Below, one piece after another: positions 25,732 to 35,877 of a DNA stretch of 64,000 nt. Both the position numbers and the translations under genes were made by a program. The stretch comes from Minisyncoccota bacterium (GTDB lineage: Bacteria; Patescibacteriota; Minisyncoccia; UBA6257; 02-FULL-45-10c), in NCBI GenBank assembly GCA_036517155.1, contig DATDXY010000001.1, positions 6,510 to 70,509 of the forward strand, read 5' to 3'. The first letter of the stretch is position 1. Every line of letters begins with the position of its first letter. The notes beneath the pieces are model-generated. The model saw only the letters and a program-made list of their open reading frames with translations, was not told the origin of the DNA and did no database searches.

Positions 25732-28128
25732 TTATTTATTTTTTTCTTTTTCCGCGATGACCGATAAAGTTTTAATCACAGTGTCCGGATTCAAGGAAAT
25801 GCTCGTAATGCCCTCACTAACTAAAAATTCCGCAAAGTCCGGATAATCCGATGGCGCTTGACCGCAAATCCCAATATATTTCTTTCTCACCAGGCATTTT
25901 TGGATTACCGTTTTAATCAATTGCTTGACCGAGGCGTCTTTTTCGTTAGCAATATGAGTAACGATGCCTGAATCCCGATCCAATCCCAGCGTTAATTGCG
26001 TCAAATCATTGGAACCGATGGACATGCCGTCAAAGACATCCAAAAACTCGTCCACACGCAAAATATTGGAGGGAATCTCGCACATCACGTAAACGCGTAA
26101 AGTTTTATCCCGAGCCCGGTCCAAACCGTGCGTTTCCATAATTTTAATAACTTTTTGGCCTTCTTCCGGTGTGCGGCAAAATGGAATCATCGGAATCACG
26201 TTTTGCAGACCCATATCTTCCCGGACTTTTTTCATCGCGATGCATTCCAATCCAAACGCGTCTTTGAATTTCTCGTCATAATAACGGGAAGCGCCCCGCC
26301 AACCGAGCATCGGATTTTCTTCTATCGGCTCATAAGCGTCCCCACCCAACAATTTTCGGTATTCGTTGGTTTTAAAATCGGAAAAACGGATAATCACTTC
26401 GTTTGGCCAGAAAGCGGCGCCGATTTTGGCAATGCCTTCCGCCAATTCATCGATATAAAATTGTTTTTTGTCCGTATAGCCGGGAGTGAGCCGGTCAATC
26501 GCTTTTTTCAGCGCCGAAGATTTCAGCTTAGCGTATTGCAATAAGGCATTGGGATGGACTTTGATGTGCGAGGCGATAATAAATTCCAATCGGCCTAATC
26601 CCACTCCCTGCGCCGGCAGATAATAATTTTTGAAGGCTTCATCTGGAGCGCCGATATTCACCATTACCTTAGTCCGGGTTTTCGGCAATTTATCCAGATG
26701 ATGTTCTTTGATTTCAAATGGCAAATTTCCTTCGTAAACTTTTCCCACTTCACCCGAAGAACAATCCACGGTGATCATTTGTCCATCTTTTAGCGTCCTC
26801 GTTGCTCGCTCGGAACCAACAATACAGGGAATCCCCAACTCTCTAGATACAATCGCCGCGTGGCTGGTCCGTCCGCCTTCGTCGGTGACAATCGCAGAAG
26901 CGATTTTCATAATCGGCTCCCAATCCGGATCGGTAATTTTTGTCACTAAAATCTCTCCCTTCTGAAATCGGGATAATTCTTTCGGGCTTTTAATCAATCG
27001 CACTTTGCCGGACGCGATTTTCGTGCCGACCGCCGCGCCCATGACCAAAACGGTGCTAGTGCTGGACAAGCGATATTCTTTGTAAACTTTTTTGTCGGCG
27101 GCGGCGTGGATAGTTTCCGGACGCGCCTGCACGATAAATAATTCTTTGGTCTTGCCGTCTTTCGCCCATTCAATATCCATCGGTTGATAACGCTGATGTT
27201 TGGCGGAAAAATATTTTTCAATTTGCGCTCCCCATCGGGCCAACTCCAACACCTCATCCTCGGTTAAACAAAATCGCGCCTGATCGGCGGTCGGCACTTT
27301 TACCGCTTTAGTTTCTTTCTTCCCGTAAATTAATTTCACATCTTTTCGGCCGATATTTTGGGCAATGATTGCACGCTTGCCTTGTTCCAATGTCGGCTTG
27401 AAAACAATAAACTCATCCGGCGTCACTTGTCCCTTCACAATCATTTCTCCCAAGCCGTAAGAAGCATTAATTTCCACCACTTTATCAAAACCGGTTTCCG
27501 TATCCAGCGTGAACATCACGCCACTGGCCGCCAAATCGGAGCGGACCATTTTTTGTACCCCTACGGATAACGCTACGTCAAAATGGGAAAATCCTTTGTC
27601 GGTCCGGTAAGAAATCGCCCGATCGGTAAACAATGAGGCAATGCATTTTTTAGTCGCTTCCAAAATCTCGTCTACGCCGACAATATTTAAATAAGTTTCC
27701 TGCTGGCCGGCGAAAGACGATCCGGGCAAATCTTCCGCAGTGGCGGAAGAACGCACCGCCACATCCGCATTACCGCCATAGTTCGCGCTTAATTCGATAT
27801 ACGCTTCTTGGATAATTTTCCGCAAATCTTCCGGTAAAGTTTCTGCCAAAATCATGGCTCGGATGGTTTTCCCCCGCTTTTGCAGATCTTTGATATTGTG
27901 GGTATTCAAGCCGGTCAGCGTTTCTTTAATCCGATTTTTCAATCCAGCTTTATCAAAAAAATACCGGTAAGCAGCGGAAGTCACCGCGAAACCGTTGGGC
28001 ACCCGAACGCCGAGCGGCACCAGATTGGAATACATTTCCCCCAACGCCGCATTTTTGCCGCCCACCAACGGTATATCTTCAATCCCGACTTCTTTAAACC
28101 ACAAAATAAATTGCTGATCCCTATTCAT
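25732..28128 (-). CDS. ppsA: Phosphoenolpyruvate synthase.
   Basis: Collinear with E. coli PpsA: VGGKNAALGEM, VAVRSSATAEDLPGSSFAGQQETYLN, SVGVQKMVRSD. Start placed at the second Met to avoid a 50-nt overlap. Confidence 0.85.
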   Translation of the reverse strand: MNRDQQFILWFKEVGIEDIPLVGGKNAALGEMYSNLVPLGVRVPNGFAVTSAAYRYFFDKAGLKNRIKETLTGLNTHNIKDLQKRGKTIRAMILAETLPEDLRKIIQEAYIELSANYGGNADVAVRSSATAEDLPGSSFAGQQETYLNIVGVDEILEATKKCIASLFTDRAISYRTDKGFSHFDVALSVGVQKMVRSDLAASGVMFTLDTETGFDKVVEINASYGLGEMIVKGQVTPDEFIVFKPTLEQGKRAIIAQNIGRKDVKLIYGKKETKAVKVPTADQARFCLTEDEVLELARWGAQIEKYFSAKHQRYQPMDIEWAKDGKTKELFIVQARPETIHAAADKKVYKEYRLSSTSTVLVMGAAVGTKIASGKVRLIKSPKELSRFQKGEILVTKITDPDWEPIMKIASAIVTDEGGRTSHAAIVSRELGIPCIVGSERATRTLKDGQMITVDCSSGEVGKVYEGNLPFEIKEHHLDKLPKTRTKVMVNIGAPDEAFKNYYLPAQGVGLGRLEFIIASHIKVHPNALLQYAKLKSSALKKAIDRLTPGYTDKKQFYIDELAEGIAKIGAAFWPNEVIIRFSDFKTNEYRKLLGGDAYEPIEENPMLGWRGASRYYDEKFKDAFGLECIAMKKVREDMGLQNVIPMIPFCRTPEEGQKVIKIMETHGLDRARDKTLRVYVMCEIPSNILRVDEFLDVFDGMSIGSNDLTQLTLGLDRDSGIVTHIANEKDASVKQLIKTVIQKCLVRKKYIGICGQAPSDYPDFAEFLVSEGITSISLNPDTVIKTLSVIAEKEKNK

Positions 28129-29404
28129 AAATTGCCACAAAAAGATCGGAGACGTTGGAACCAGTGTCACCGGTCAGAAGATAATCGCCTACTTCCGAGA
28201 AAAATTCATACGACTTATTTTCCTCTAAAAAAATATCCAACTGCAAACCCAGCGCTTCCGCTTTTTCCTTTGTCATCATATCACAGATTACACCGGCAAA
28301 ATCCGTATTATCTCGGCCGTCCGAAGCAACAATAGCTACGCTTTGCCCGGGTTTTAAAAATCGAAGCGCTGACAAACCAACTTCTTGATTTCGTCCGCCC
28401 CTACCAGGCTTCTTCACAATAACAGTTGTTTCTCCGCCATACAAAAGAACAGATTTTGAAGCTGCTTTGTTTAAATCTTGAATTAAACGATATCCAACCT
28501 TACGAGCCTCGCCAACAAGCTTTCTGGTCACGATATGAGGTGAAAAACCCAACTCTACTGCCTTTTTCGCCATTGCGTCTAAGGCAGTGCCGTTAGACAC
28601 AATTAATATATTTTTCACTTTTTCAAAGTATTGGTCTTCTTTTGGCGTTTCCAGTAATCCTGTTAACGGAAAACCGCAACGGCTTTCAATTTTATATTTT
28701 TTGGCTATGGCGATGGCATCATTAATCGTCGTTGTGTCTTTTACGGTCGGTCCGGAAGAAATAAATTCCAGATTATCGCCCGGCACATCGGAAAAAATCA
28801 GCGATACAGCCGCAGCTGGATAAGCATATTTCGCTAAATAGCCGCCTCGGGCTAAAGAAAGGTGTTTTCGGATAGTATTTAATTCTTCTATATCTGCGCC
28901 AGCGCTAAATAAACATTCCACTAACTCTTTTTCTTGCACACAAGTAAAATTATTAGGTTGGCACAACAGAGTAGACCCACCTCCGGAAATCAAAAAGATT
29001 ACTAAATCTTTTTCGGTTAAACCAGTCAGTAAATTAATGATCGCTTTCGTCGCGTCCACATTCGCTTCGGTCGGAAAAGGATGCGTTCCTTGATAGGCCT
29101 TAATTTTTTTCAATGCGCCGCCATGGACATCTACTACCACTCCGTCAGTAAGATACTTACCTAAAATTGGTTCAATCGCCTGTCCGGCCTCAAACGCGCA
29201 TTTGCCTACGCCAACCACTAATAGCCGGCCAATTTCTGAAAGAACGAAGTGATCGTTTCCCACATATAACACCCCGTGCTCCAATCGAATATGCTTTTTA
29301 ATTACCAATTCGGTATCAATTGCCGCTAAACCAACCTCCACAATTTCTAAAGCTACTTTTCTAGTTTTAGTTTTGGCTAATGACGAGATGTTTTTAATTT
29401 TCAT
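28121..29404 (-). CDS. Glycerate 2-kinase, MOFRL family.
   Basis: 427 aa. LVIFLISGGGSTLL and the overall layout resemble MOFRL glycerate kinases. Operonic with ppsA and eno. Confidence 0.55.
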   Translation of the reverse strand: MKIKNISSLAKTKTRKVALEIVEVGLAAIDTELVIKKHIRLEHGVLYVGNDHFVLSEIGRLLVVGVGKCAFEAGQAIEPILGKYLTDGVVVDVHGGALKKIKAYQGTHPFPTEANVDATKAIINLLTGLTEKDLVIFLISGGGSTLLCQPNNFTCVQEKELVECLFSAGADIEELNTIRKHLSLARGGYLAKYAYPAAAVSLIFSDVPGDNLEFISSGPTVKDTTTINDAIAIAKKYKIESRCGFPLTGLLETPKEDQYFEKVKNILIVSNGTALDAMAKKAVELGFSPHIVTRKLVGEARKVGYRLIQDLNKAASKSVLLYGGETTVIVKKPGRGGRNQEVGLSALRFLKPGQSVAIVASDGRDNTDFAGVICDMMTKEKAEALGLQLDIFLEENKSYEFFSEVGDYLLTGDTGSNVSDLFVAIYE

Positions 29405-31584
29405 AATTTAGCTTTTCGCAATAACATGGCATTTACCGCGACAATCACGGTACTTAAAGACATAAACAGCGCCGCTACCGCCGGCTGGAGAAATATCCCT
29501 CTAAACGCCAGCACGCCCGCCGCCAATGGAATCGCTACTATATTATACCCTGCCGCCCAAAATAAGTTTTGAATCATTTTGGCATAAGTCATGCGGGAAA
29601 GTTTGATAATTTTGGGAATATCCTGCGGATCATTTTTAAAAAGCACAATGCCGGCTGATTCGATCGCCACATTCGTACCGGCACCGATAGCAATTCCCAA
29701 ATCTGCTTGCGTCAATGCCGGGGCATCATTCACACCATCTCCCACCATTGCCACTTTTTGTCCCTTCGCTTGCAGGGCCTTTATTTTTTCGGATTTGGTT
29801 TCCGGCAGCACTTTAGAAAAATATTCCTGGATTCCCAATTCTTGGGCCACCCAATGCGCGACATCTTCCGAATCGCCGGTAATCATGGCGGTTTTTATGC
29901 CCATTGCCTGCAGGGCTTTGATCGCCAGGCGAGATTCTTCCCGAATGATATCCGCCAGCGTAATTGCGCCCAATATTTTTTTTGCCGTTGCGATGAAAAT
30001 CACTGTTTTCCCCTGCCGGGACAAAAGATCAATTTTTTTCTGAAATTCCGGAGTGAACGTTAAACGCTGTTCCGCCAATAAAGTTTCGCTGCCCGCATAA
30101 AAAGTTTCGTTATTAATATCGGCGCGCGCGCCTTTGCCGGCAATTCTTTGAAAGTTTTTTATTTCCAATAAAATAATCTTCCGCTTCTTGGCTTCTCGAA
30201 CAATGGCCTGAGCAATCGGATGTTCGGAATGGTTATCCACGGAAGCGGCTAACTGCAATACTTCGGTTTCTTTTTCAGATTCCATTGAGATAATTTCTGC
30301 TATGCCAAATTCTCCTTTCGTTAAAGTTCCAGTTTTATCAAAGACCACAATATCAATATTCCGCGCCGCCTCCAGCGCCATCCGCTGTTTTACCAAAAAA
30401 CCGTTGCGGGCGGCTTTGGTGGTAGAAATGGAAGCGACTAAAGGAATCGCCAATCCCAGCGCATGCGGACAAGCGATAACCAACACCGCAACCATACGTT
30501 CTACCGCAAAAGCAGGGTCGGCAACCGCCAACCAACTAGCCAGAGTGATACCGCCGGTTACTACCGCAACAATCGTAAGATAATAGGCAGCCCGATCGGA
30601 TAAAAGCTGTAGCCGCGATTTGGACGCTTGCGCTTCCGCCACCAATCGCATCACGCCAGCTAAAAACGTATGTTCTCCAATTTTCGTCACTTGAACCGTC
30701 AGCGATCCGTCGCCGTTTACGGTTCCAGCAATTACTTCCTTGCCTTTTTGTTTGGCAACGGGCTTGGATTCTCCGGTAGCAACCGATTCATTTACTTCGG
30801 ACACGCCTTCTATTACAATTCCGTCCGCGGGAATCTTAGCGCCAGGCTTTACCAAGACCCGGTCGTTTTCTTTTAATTCCGCCAACGGGATTAGAATTGT
30901 TTTTCCGTTCCGGAATACTTCCGCTTGGTCCGGCAATAATTTAGATAATTCTTTCAAGGCGCCCCGGGCTCCAGTTACTGCCCGCATTTCCAGCCAATGG
31001 CCCAAAAGCATAATAGTAATCAAGGTCGCCAATTCCCAAAACAGAGTTTCTCCTCTGCTCTGGCCCACCGCCCATAAACTGTAGATATAGGCGGTGGAGA
31101 TGGCCAAGGCAATCAAAGTCATCATCCCGGGCTGTTTAGCCCGCAATTCCCGAAAAGCGGAAGCAATAAAAATTGATCCGCCATAAAAGAAAATAATAGA
31201 AGCCAGCGCCAATGGGACAAAACGCGAACCGAGGAATTCCGGCGCTTGATATTGCAGCAGTTTTTGCACCACATCGGAATAGGCCACCACTGGAATACTC
31301 AATACCAAACTAATCCAAAATTTTACTTTAAAGATATTAGTGGAATGGCCTTCGTGTTTATTTGATTCTTTGTGATCCGAGTGGCCGGATTTTTCCGGTA
31401 CCAGCCGCATGCCACATTCCGGGCACATTCCCCCATGATCTTGCCGTATGTCCGGGTGCATTGGGCAGGTATACATTTGCCTCATCTTGGCCGACACTAA
31501 TTTCATACCGCAATCTGGACATAATCCTGGATGATTACTTTTGACCCATGGGTGCATCGGACAAGTGTAAATTGTGTGTTCCAT
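29401..31584 (-). CDS. Heavy-metal (copper) translocating P1B-type ATPase with a duplicated N-terminal Cys-rich metal-binding motif.
   Basis: Two YTCPMHPxxxxxxPGxCPxCGM repeats. TM CPH motif (IACPHALGLA). DKTGTLT (VVFDKTGTLTKG). GDGVNDAP hinge. Confidence 0.85.
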   Translation of the reverse strand: MEHTIYTCPMHPWVKSNHPGLCPDCGMKLVSAKMRQMYTCPMHPDIRQDHGGMCPECGMRLVPEKSGHSDHKESNKHEGHSTNIFKVKFWISLVLSIPVVAYSDVVQKLLQYQAPEFLGSRFVPLALASIIFFYGGSIFIASAFRELRAKQPGMMTLIALAISTAYIYSLWAVGQSRGETLFWELATLITIMLLGHWLEMRAVTGARGALKELSKLLPDQAEVFRNGKTILIPLAELKENDRVLVKPGAKIPADGIVIEGVSEVNESVATGESKPVAKQKGKEVIAGTVNGDGSLTVQVTKIGEHTFLAGVMRLVAEAQASKSRLQLLSDRAAYYLTIVAVVTGGITLASWLAVADPAFAVERMVAVLVIACPHALGLAIPLVASISTTKAARNGFLVKQRMALEAARNIDIVVFDKTGTLTKGEFGIAEIISMESEKETEVLQLAASVDNHSEHPIAQAIVREAKKRKIILLEIKNFQRIAGKGARADINNETFYAGSETLLAEQRLTFTPEFQKKIDLLSRQGKTVIFIATAKKILGAITLADIIREESRLAIKALQAMGIKTAMITGDSEDVAHWVAQELGIQEYFSKVLPETKSEKIKALQAKGQKVAMVGDGVNDAPALTQADLGIAIGAGTNVAIESAGIVLFKNDPQDIPKIIKLSRMTYAKMIQNLFWAAGYNIVAIPLAAGVLAFRGIFLQPAVAALFMSLSTVIVAVNAMLLRKAKL

Positions 31585-31613
31585 AATTGTATATTCTTTA
31601 TTTTACATCTAAA

Positions 31614-32489
31614 TTATACCCCGCACGAACCGCCCTGCGGCCGAACCGGCGGAGTAGACAACAACTGGACGACTTTTTGATAGCCGGCAGAACTGGAATA
31701 CGCTGAACTCAAGACCTTTTCCGGAACCAAAGGCATTCCTTCCTGCTGAAAATACTTTTCAATCGTCAGATAATTATCCGGAAACCAGAATTTTTGGACT
31801 TGGTACGCCACTTTGTACATTTCTTGTTCCGACATTCCTTGCGCCGCCAGCAATTCCAACAATCCCAGCATTGCCATGCCATGATTGCAATCCGGAAAAT
31901 GCGTTGCATTGCCGCAACAGGGGCGATGAATGGAACGGCTCATTTTTTCCACTAAGGATTGCTGTTCCGAAGTAAGCGCAATCAATGGGTGCCGCGCGTA
32001 ATGATTCATTGCATCACCCCGCGCTAAGGTCCAGCCGCCGGTAGACGCGAATCCGCCCGCGCCGCCGTAGCGCGCATCCATCATCGGCCCTTGGGTCAAA
32101 ATTCGGTTTTCGTTTCCCAAACCCAACGCCCACAAAATATTCAGCAAAATGTCCGAATTATTTTCATTCATGCGGATTTCTTTTATATCCGAACGGGTCA
32201 ATAACACTTCCATATCCGCCGGCAAACCGCCCCGGGCTTCATACAGCGCCTCAAAACTCTGCAAATCAATCACGCCGTTTTTTACCAAATCAATCCCCAG
32301 GGAATCCCATTGCGCCGGTATAATGACTTCCCCATCGACCGTTTCTATATCCGAGGCGATGGCGGTTATTTTTTCGTTTTTTTTGAGCGAACGATCGCCA
32401 ATCACATACATCGTTCCTATTCCCAGCCCGATAAGCGTTAAGGACGAAAGCGCTCCAATCCAAAAATCGGAAAGTTTTTTATTGGACAT
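31614..32489 (-). CDS. Membrane-anchored hypothetical protein with a Cys/His cluster (possible metal handling).
   Basis: N-terminal TM helix. HRPCCGNATHFPDCNHG cluster. Directly downstream of the Cu-ATPase. Confidence 0.35.
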   Translation of the reverse strand: MSNKKLSDFWIGALSSLTLIGLGIGTMYVIGDRSLKKNEKITAIASDIETVDGEVIIPAQWDSLGIDLVKNGVIDLQSFEALYEARGGLPADMEVLLTRSDIKEIRMNENNSDILLNILWALGLGNENRILTQGPMMDARYGGAGGFASTGGWTLARGDAMNHYARHPLIALTSEQQSLVEKMSRSIHRPCCGNATHFPDCNHGMAMLGLLELLAAQGMSEQEMYKVAYQVQKFWFPDNYLTIEKYFQQEGMPLVPEKVLSSAYSSSAGYQKVVQLLSTPPVRPQGGSCGV

Positions 32490-32490
32490 A

Positions 32491-32841
32491 TTATAATGAA
32501 CAACCGCTTAAGCGGGCTAATTTTTCCAATCCCTGTTCGCCTTCCAAACGAGTGCCATCGGCAAAAATCCAAGTTGGATAGCCATTAATACCCAGCTTAA
32601 GGCAAGCATCAATATTTTTTGGACATTCCACGTAGGGCACATATTGGAACGAAGCGCCAAAGGCACGTTTTTCGTTTTGACAATGCGAACACCACTCCGC
32701 GCCGTACATCGTGATTTCTTTGGTCGCCAGACATTTCGCGAATTCGTCTAGTTGGCCCTGCGCCGCATCGCGCGGATACAAGGCCACTACCGAAGCTACT
32801 ACAGCGCTAGTTAAAATAAGCCAGAAAAAAATTTTATTCAT
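32491..32841 (-). CDS. Membrane-anchored thioredoxin-fold thiol-disulfide oxidoreductase.
   Basis: Signal/TM then WCSHC (CxxC) active site in a thioredoxin-like context. Confidence 0.6.
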   Translation of the reverse strand: MNKIFFWLILTSAVVASVVALYPRDAAQGQLDEFAKCLATKEITMYGAEWCSHCQNEKRAFGASFQYVPYVECPKNIDACLKLGINGYPTWIFADGTRLEGEQGLEKLARLSGCSL

Positions 32842-33328
32842 GACAACAATCTACTAATTTATCCACGATATCCTGATACGACCAGGGTTTTTCGTCAGCA
32901 GCCATTTTTTTGAAACCGGAGGCGTCAATGACTTTTAACCGCAGCGCCCAAAACATCGCATACACTTTGTACGCGTGTTCAAACATGGCAATCGCTTCCG
33001 CATTTTTATTATCGGCTTTCAATTTTGTTCCCACTTCAATCAAACGCATCGCGGCCGCCAGCAGATGTTTCGCGATACACCAGGTTTCTCCTTCGTGCCG
33101 GCTAATCAGCTTGCCCAGTAATTGTTTCCGCATCTCCCGGATTTCTTGCGCGAAATCAAAGTATTCATTTTTTTTCGTTTTTGCGCCGGTGAAAAAGTAA
33201 TGTTCTTCCAAACTCACTAAATTCATCACCGCAATACTCAAATCTTCTTCCAGAGAAAGATCAATTTGGCCGCTTTTTTTCAGTGCTTCAATTTTCTTTA
33301 CCAGATCTTCAAATTTTTGTTTGTCCAT
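32834..33328 (-). CDS. Hypothetical helical cytoplasmic protein ending in CCHE.
   Basis: 164-aa ORF, no family recognised. Confidence 0.3.
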   Translation of the reverse strand: MDKQKFEDLVKKIEALKKSGQIDLSLEEDLSIAVMNLVSLEEHYFFTGAKTKKNEYFDFAQEIREMRKQLLGKLISRHEGETWCIAKHLLAAAMRLIEVGTKLKADNKNAEAIAMFEHAYKVYAMFWALRLKVIDASGFKKMAADEKPWSYQDIVDKLVDCCHE

Positions 33329-33341
33329 AATGGTTATTGAA

Positions 33342-34124
33342 TTAAATTAGCAAGATCAGGATCGCGAGCGCGACCATCGCGATACCGCTCCAGAAACGCA
33401 TGGCGCCAGCTTCTTGCCGCTGCCAGGCTTGCACCCGTTCCAGTAAACTGCGTTCGCTCGCTAGCAACAAAATTAACACCAGCGGAAGCACAAATAAAAG
33501 ATTGTAGAAAATCAGATAACCGAGACCTTTCCAGTAAGTCGCCTGGTCATGCAACAAACCGAGCACCAATAAATACGGACCGCCAGTGCACGGAAATTCG
33601 CACAAAGCCACCAATGCTCCCAGAAAAAAAGCGGTTGGTAAAGACGCGCGTTCCATTAACTCTGCCATTTTCGGATGAGCAAAGCTGGGAATTTTCAACT
33701 TAATGGGAAAAGCCGGGAAATAATGATTAATGAGATTAATCGCTCCCAGCGCCAGTAACAACACCGCCGCGGCTTTCGCCATGAAATTCGGCGTGTTGAA
33801 GAAGTGTAAAGTCTGCAAAATCCCCAAACCAATCAGGATGTAGGCAACAAAAATTCCGGCAATATAGAAACTGCCGATTTTTAATATGCCGGACCGCAAT
33901 TTCCCGACACTCAAAAGAAACGCAATCGTGAGTAACAATACGGAGAAAGCGCAGGGATTAATGCTGTCAATCAAAGCGGAAATGCCCACTAAGGGCAAGA
34001 CCCATTTCCCCTCCTGGCTTAAATTCCACAAAGCAGTTGTCCCAATGTTCCCGAATTTGATTGCCGCAAGACTGCCAATCAACGCAACCGCTATGCCCAA
34101 TAATACGAATAATTTTTTATTCAT
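33342..34124 (-). CDS. ccdA: CcdA/DsbD-family transmembrane thiol-disulfide electron transporter.
   Basis: 6 TM helices with the two conserved TM cysteines (SINPCAFSVLL and LCEFPCTGGPYL). Confidence 0.7.
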   Translation of the reverse strand: MNKKLFVLLGIAVALIGSLAAIKFGNIGTTALWNLSQEGKWVLPLVGISALIDSINPCAFSVLLLTIAFLLSVGKLRSGILKIGSFYIAGIFVAYILIGLGILQTLHFFNTPNFMAKAAAVLLLALGAINLINHYFPAFPIKLKIPSFAHPKMAELMERASLPTAFFLGALVALCEFPCTGGPYLLVLGLLHDQATYWKGLGYLIFYNLLFVLPLVLILLLASERSLLERVQAWQRQEAGAMRFWSGIAMVALAILILLI

Positions 34125-34127
34125 AAG

Positions 34128-34634
34128 TTAAGGCGTAACGCGAGCCGAGATTCTTAATTCCAGAGGCGCGCCGTTGCTTTGTTCTAGATACACCGACCGC
34201 TCAATAGTTCCCACGCCAGCCGGCCCGTGCGCCGCCGGATCAAATTCTACTTCTACCGCCACTTTTTCTCCGGGTAAAATTTGTTGATTGATTTTCGGTA
34301 CTACGCCATGGCCCGGCATGCCAAACGGCCCCCGTTCCTTATTGCCGATAATCAGCTTTGCTTCGGTGCACATGCACGAAGTGTACATTTTCGCGACCGT
34401 AACCGTTTCCGCGGTCGGGTTAGTAACTGTAAATTGATGCCGCACTTTGCCCGCCGCCATGGAGATGGCGCCGAAATCAAATGCGCTTTCTGCCGATGCT
34501 AACAGGACCTCTCCTTCTCCTTGGGATACCGGCGTTCCGGCATTATTGGTGCCAAACCAGACAACTATTACTCCCAAAACAAGAATACTTAATCCAATGC
34601 CTAACCAGAGTTCTTTTTTTGTTTCCATAATCAA
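34128..34634 (-). CDS. DUF1573-domain protein, membrane anchored.
   Basis: TM helix then a beta-sandwich-like region with SCMCTEA (DUF1573 SCGCT-like motif). Confidence 0.45.
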   Translation of the reverse strand: MIMETKKELWLGIGLSILVLGVIVVWFGTNNAGTPVSQGEGEVLLASAESAFDFGAISMAAGKVRHQFTVTNPTAETVTVAKMYTSCMCTEAKLIIGNKERGPFGMPGHGVVPKINQQILPGEKVAVEVEFDPAAHGPAGVGTIERSVYLEQSNGAPLELRISARVTP

Positions 34635-34719
34635 TAATTTTTAAAAATAAAAAAACCGTTTCCCTGAAAGAAGTTTTCCACAACTCTAATTGACGCTGTT
34701 CGAAGGCGTTTGTGAAAAA

Positions 34720-35130
34720 CTAAAAGGAAACGGCTGGGTCGCGTTTTTCCAGCAAGGCCTGCCAATGCCGTAGCGGTTGATTGGCCATTGCGAACTGAGT
34801 AACTTGAGAGTGGAACGAAATTCCGCCCATTACGTTATTCTCGCTTTGTGTAACTAAAAGATTGATGCCAACTAATAAAAGAAGAACGGAAAGCAATGAA
34901 GCCATTATGCTCCAGTCAAAAATCAGCGCGGAAGAAAGCCCTTGAAATACTTGAAAATGAAAGTTGAGTATCGCCGAAGCAAAACCGCTTTCTGGGCAAA
35001 CTGCCGACTGGCCCAGAGCCGCAAAACACATTTGGTGCGCTTGCAAGGCTTGGTGATCCATAACCAAAAATCCCGCTAAGAGCACAGTGAGAAAGGCTGA
35101 GATAATCAATAAAGTTCCTGCTATTTTCAT
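34720..35130 (-). CDS. Hypothetical membrane protein.
   Basis: 136 aa, hydrophobic. Confidence 0.3.
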   Translation of the reverse strand: MKIAGTLLIISAFLTVLLAGFLVMDHQALQAHQMCFAALGQSAVCPESGFASAILNFHFQVFQGLSSALIFDWSIMASLLSVLLLLVGINLLVTQSENNVMGGISFHSQVTQFAMANQPLRHWQALLEKRDPAVSF

Positions 35131-35154
35131 TGTTTTGATCTTACCATTTTTCTC

Positions 35155-35862
35155 TTAAAATTTCAAATATTGTTCCCAATATTCGTATAACGATTTCGTA
35201 GCCCGCAAATCTCCGACATTATACCGGGCGATTTCCTGGTATTTTTTCTCCCGAAACAAACGACCTACGTCGTCGCCAGTCACACCGGACTTCGGGCTTT
35301 GAATGCCGAATGCCCGGCAGTATAAATGCAATCCGCCGCGGCGGCGCACTGCTCCATAAAAGGAAAGTAAGTCAAATAAATCAATATTTTTCGCTCCGTC
35401 CCGCTGGCTATTTAAATAACGATTGGACATTAAATCCTTGGTCGGCCGGATTTTATGGATAGCGGAACGAATCATTAGAAAAGGAATATCAAAACTCCGG
35501 CCGTTGAAACTTACAAATTCTTGATATTTCTCCGCACCCTTCCAAAACGCTTCCAGCATTTCTTTTTCTGGCATCGGTTTGAAAGTAATACCGTCTTCTT
35601 CAAAAGTTTCATTTTTCTGGCCGGGCGCTTGAAAATACACGACGCCTTTGTCTTTTTCGCAATCTAAAACACCGATGGCGACAATTTCCCCGGTCAAGGG
35701 CGAAAATCCCATGCCATTTTTTAAATCTCCCAGCGCTAATTTATAATCTCCTTCACTGAAAGTTTCCTTTTTAATCCAATGCGTGAGCACTTCTTGCGTA
35801 GTTTTATCTAACGCTTCAAAATCCTCGCCTACGGTCTCAATATCAAAAATAAGCTTGGCCAT
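35155..35862 (-). CDS. Predicted 3'-5' exonuclease, RNase H-like / PolB-exonuclease-like fold (COG3298-like).
   Basis: LIFDIETVG exo-I-like motif with Asp and Glu, later acidic motifs. Immediately downstream of lexA on the same strand. Confidence 0.5.
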   Translation of the reverse strand: MAKLIFDIETVGEDFEALDKTTQEVLTHWIKKETFSEGDYKLALGDLKNGMGFSPLTGEIVAIGVLDCEKDKGVVYFQAPGQKNETFEEDGITFKPMPEKEMLEAFWKGAEKYQEFVSFNGRSFDIPFLMIRSAIHKIRPTKDLMSNRYLNSQRDGAKNIDLFDLLSFYGAVRRRGGLHLYCRAFGIQSPKSGVTGDDVGRLFREKKYQEIARYNVGDLRATKSLYEYWEQYLKF

Positions 35863-35877
35863 GTTTTAGAATATAAT

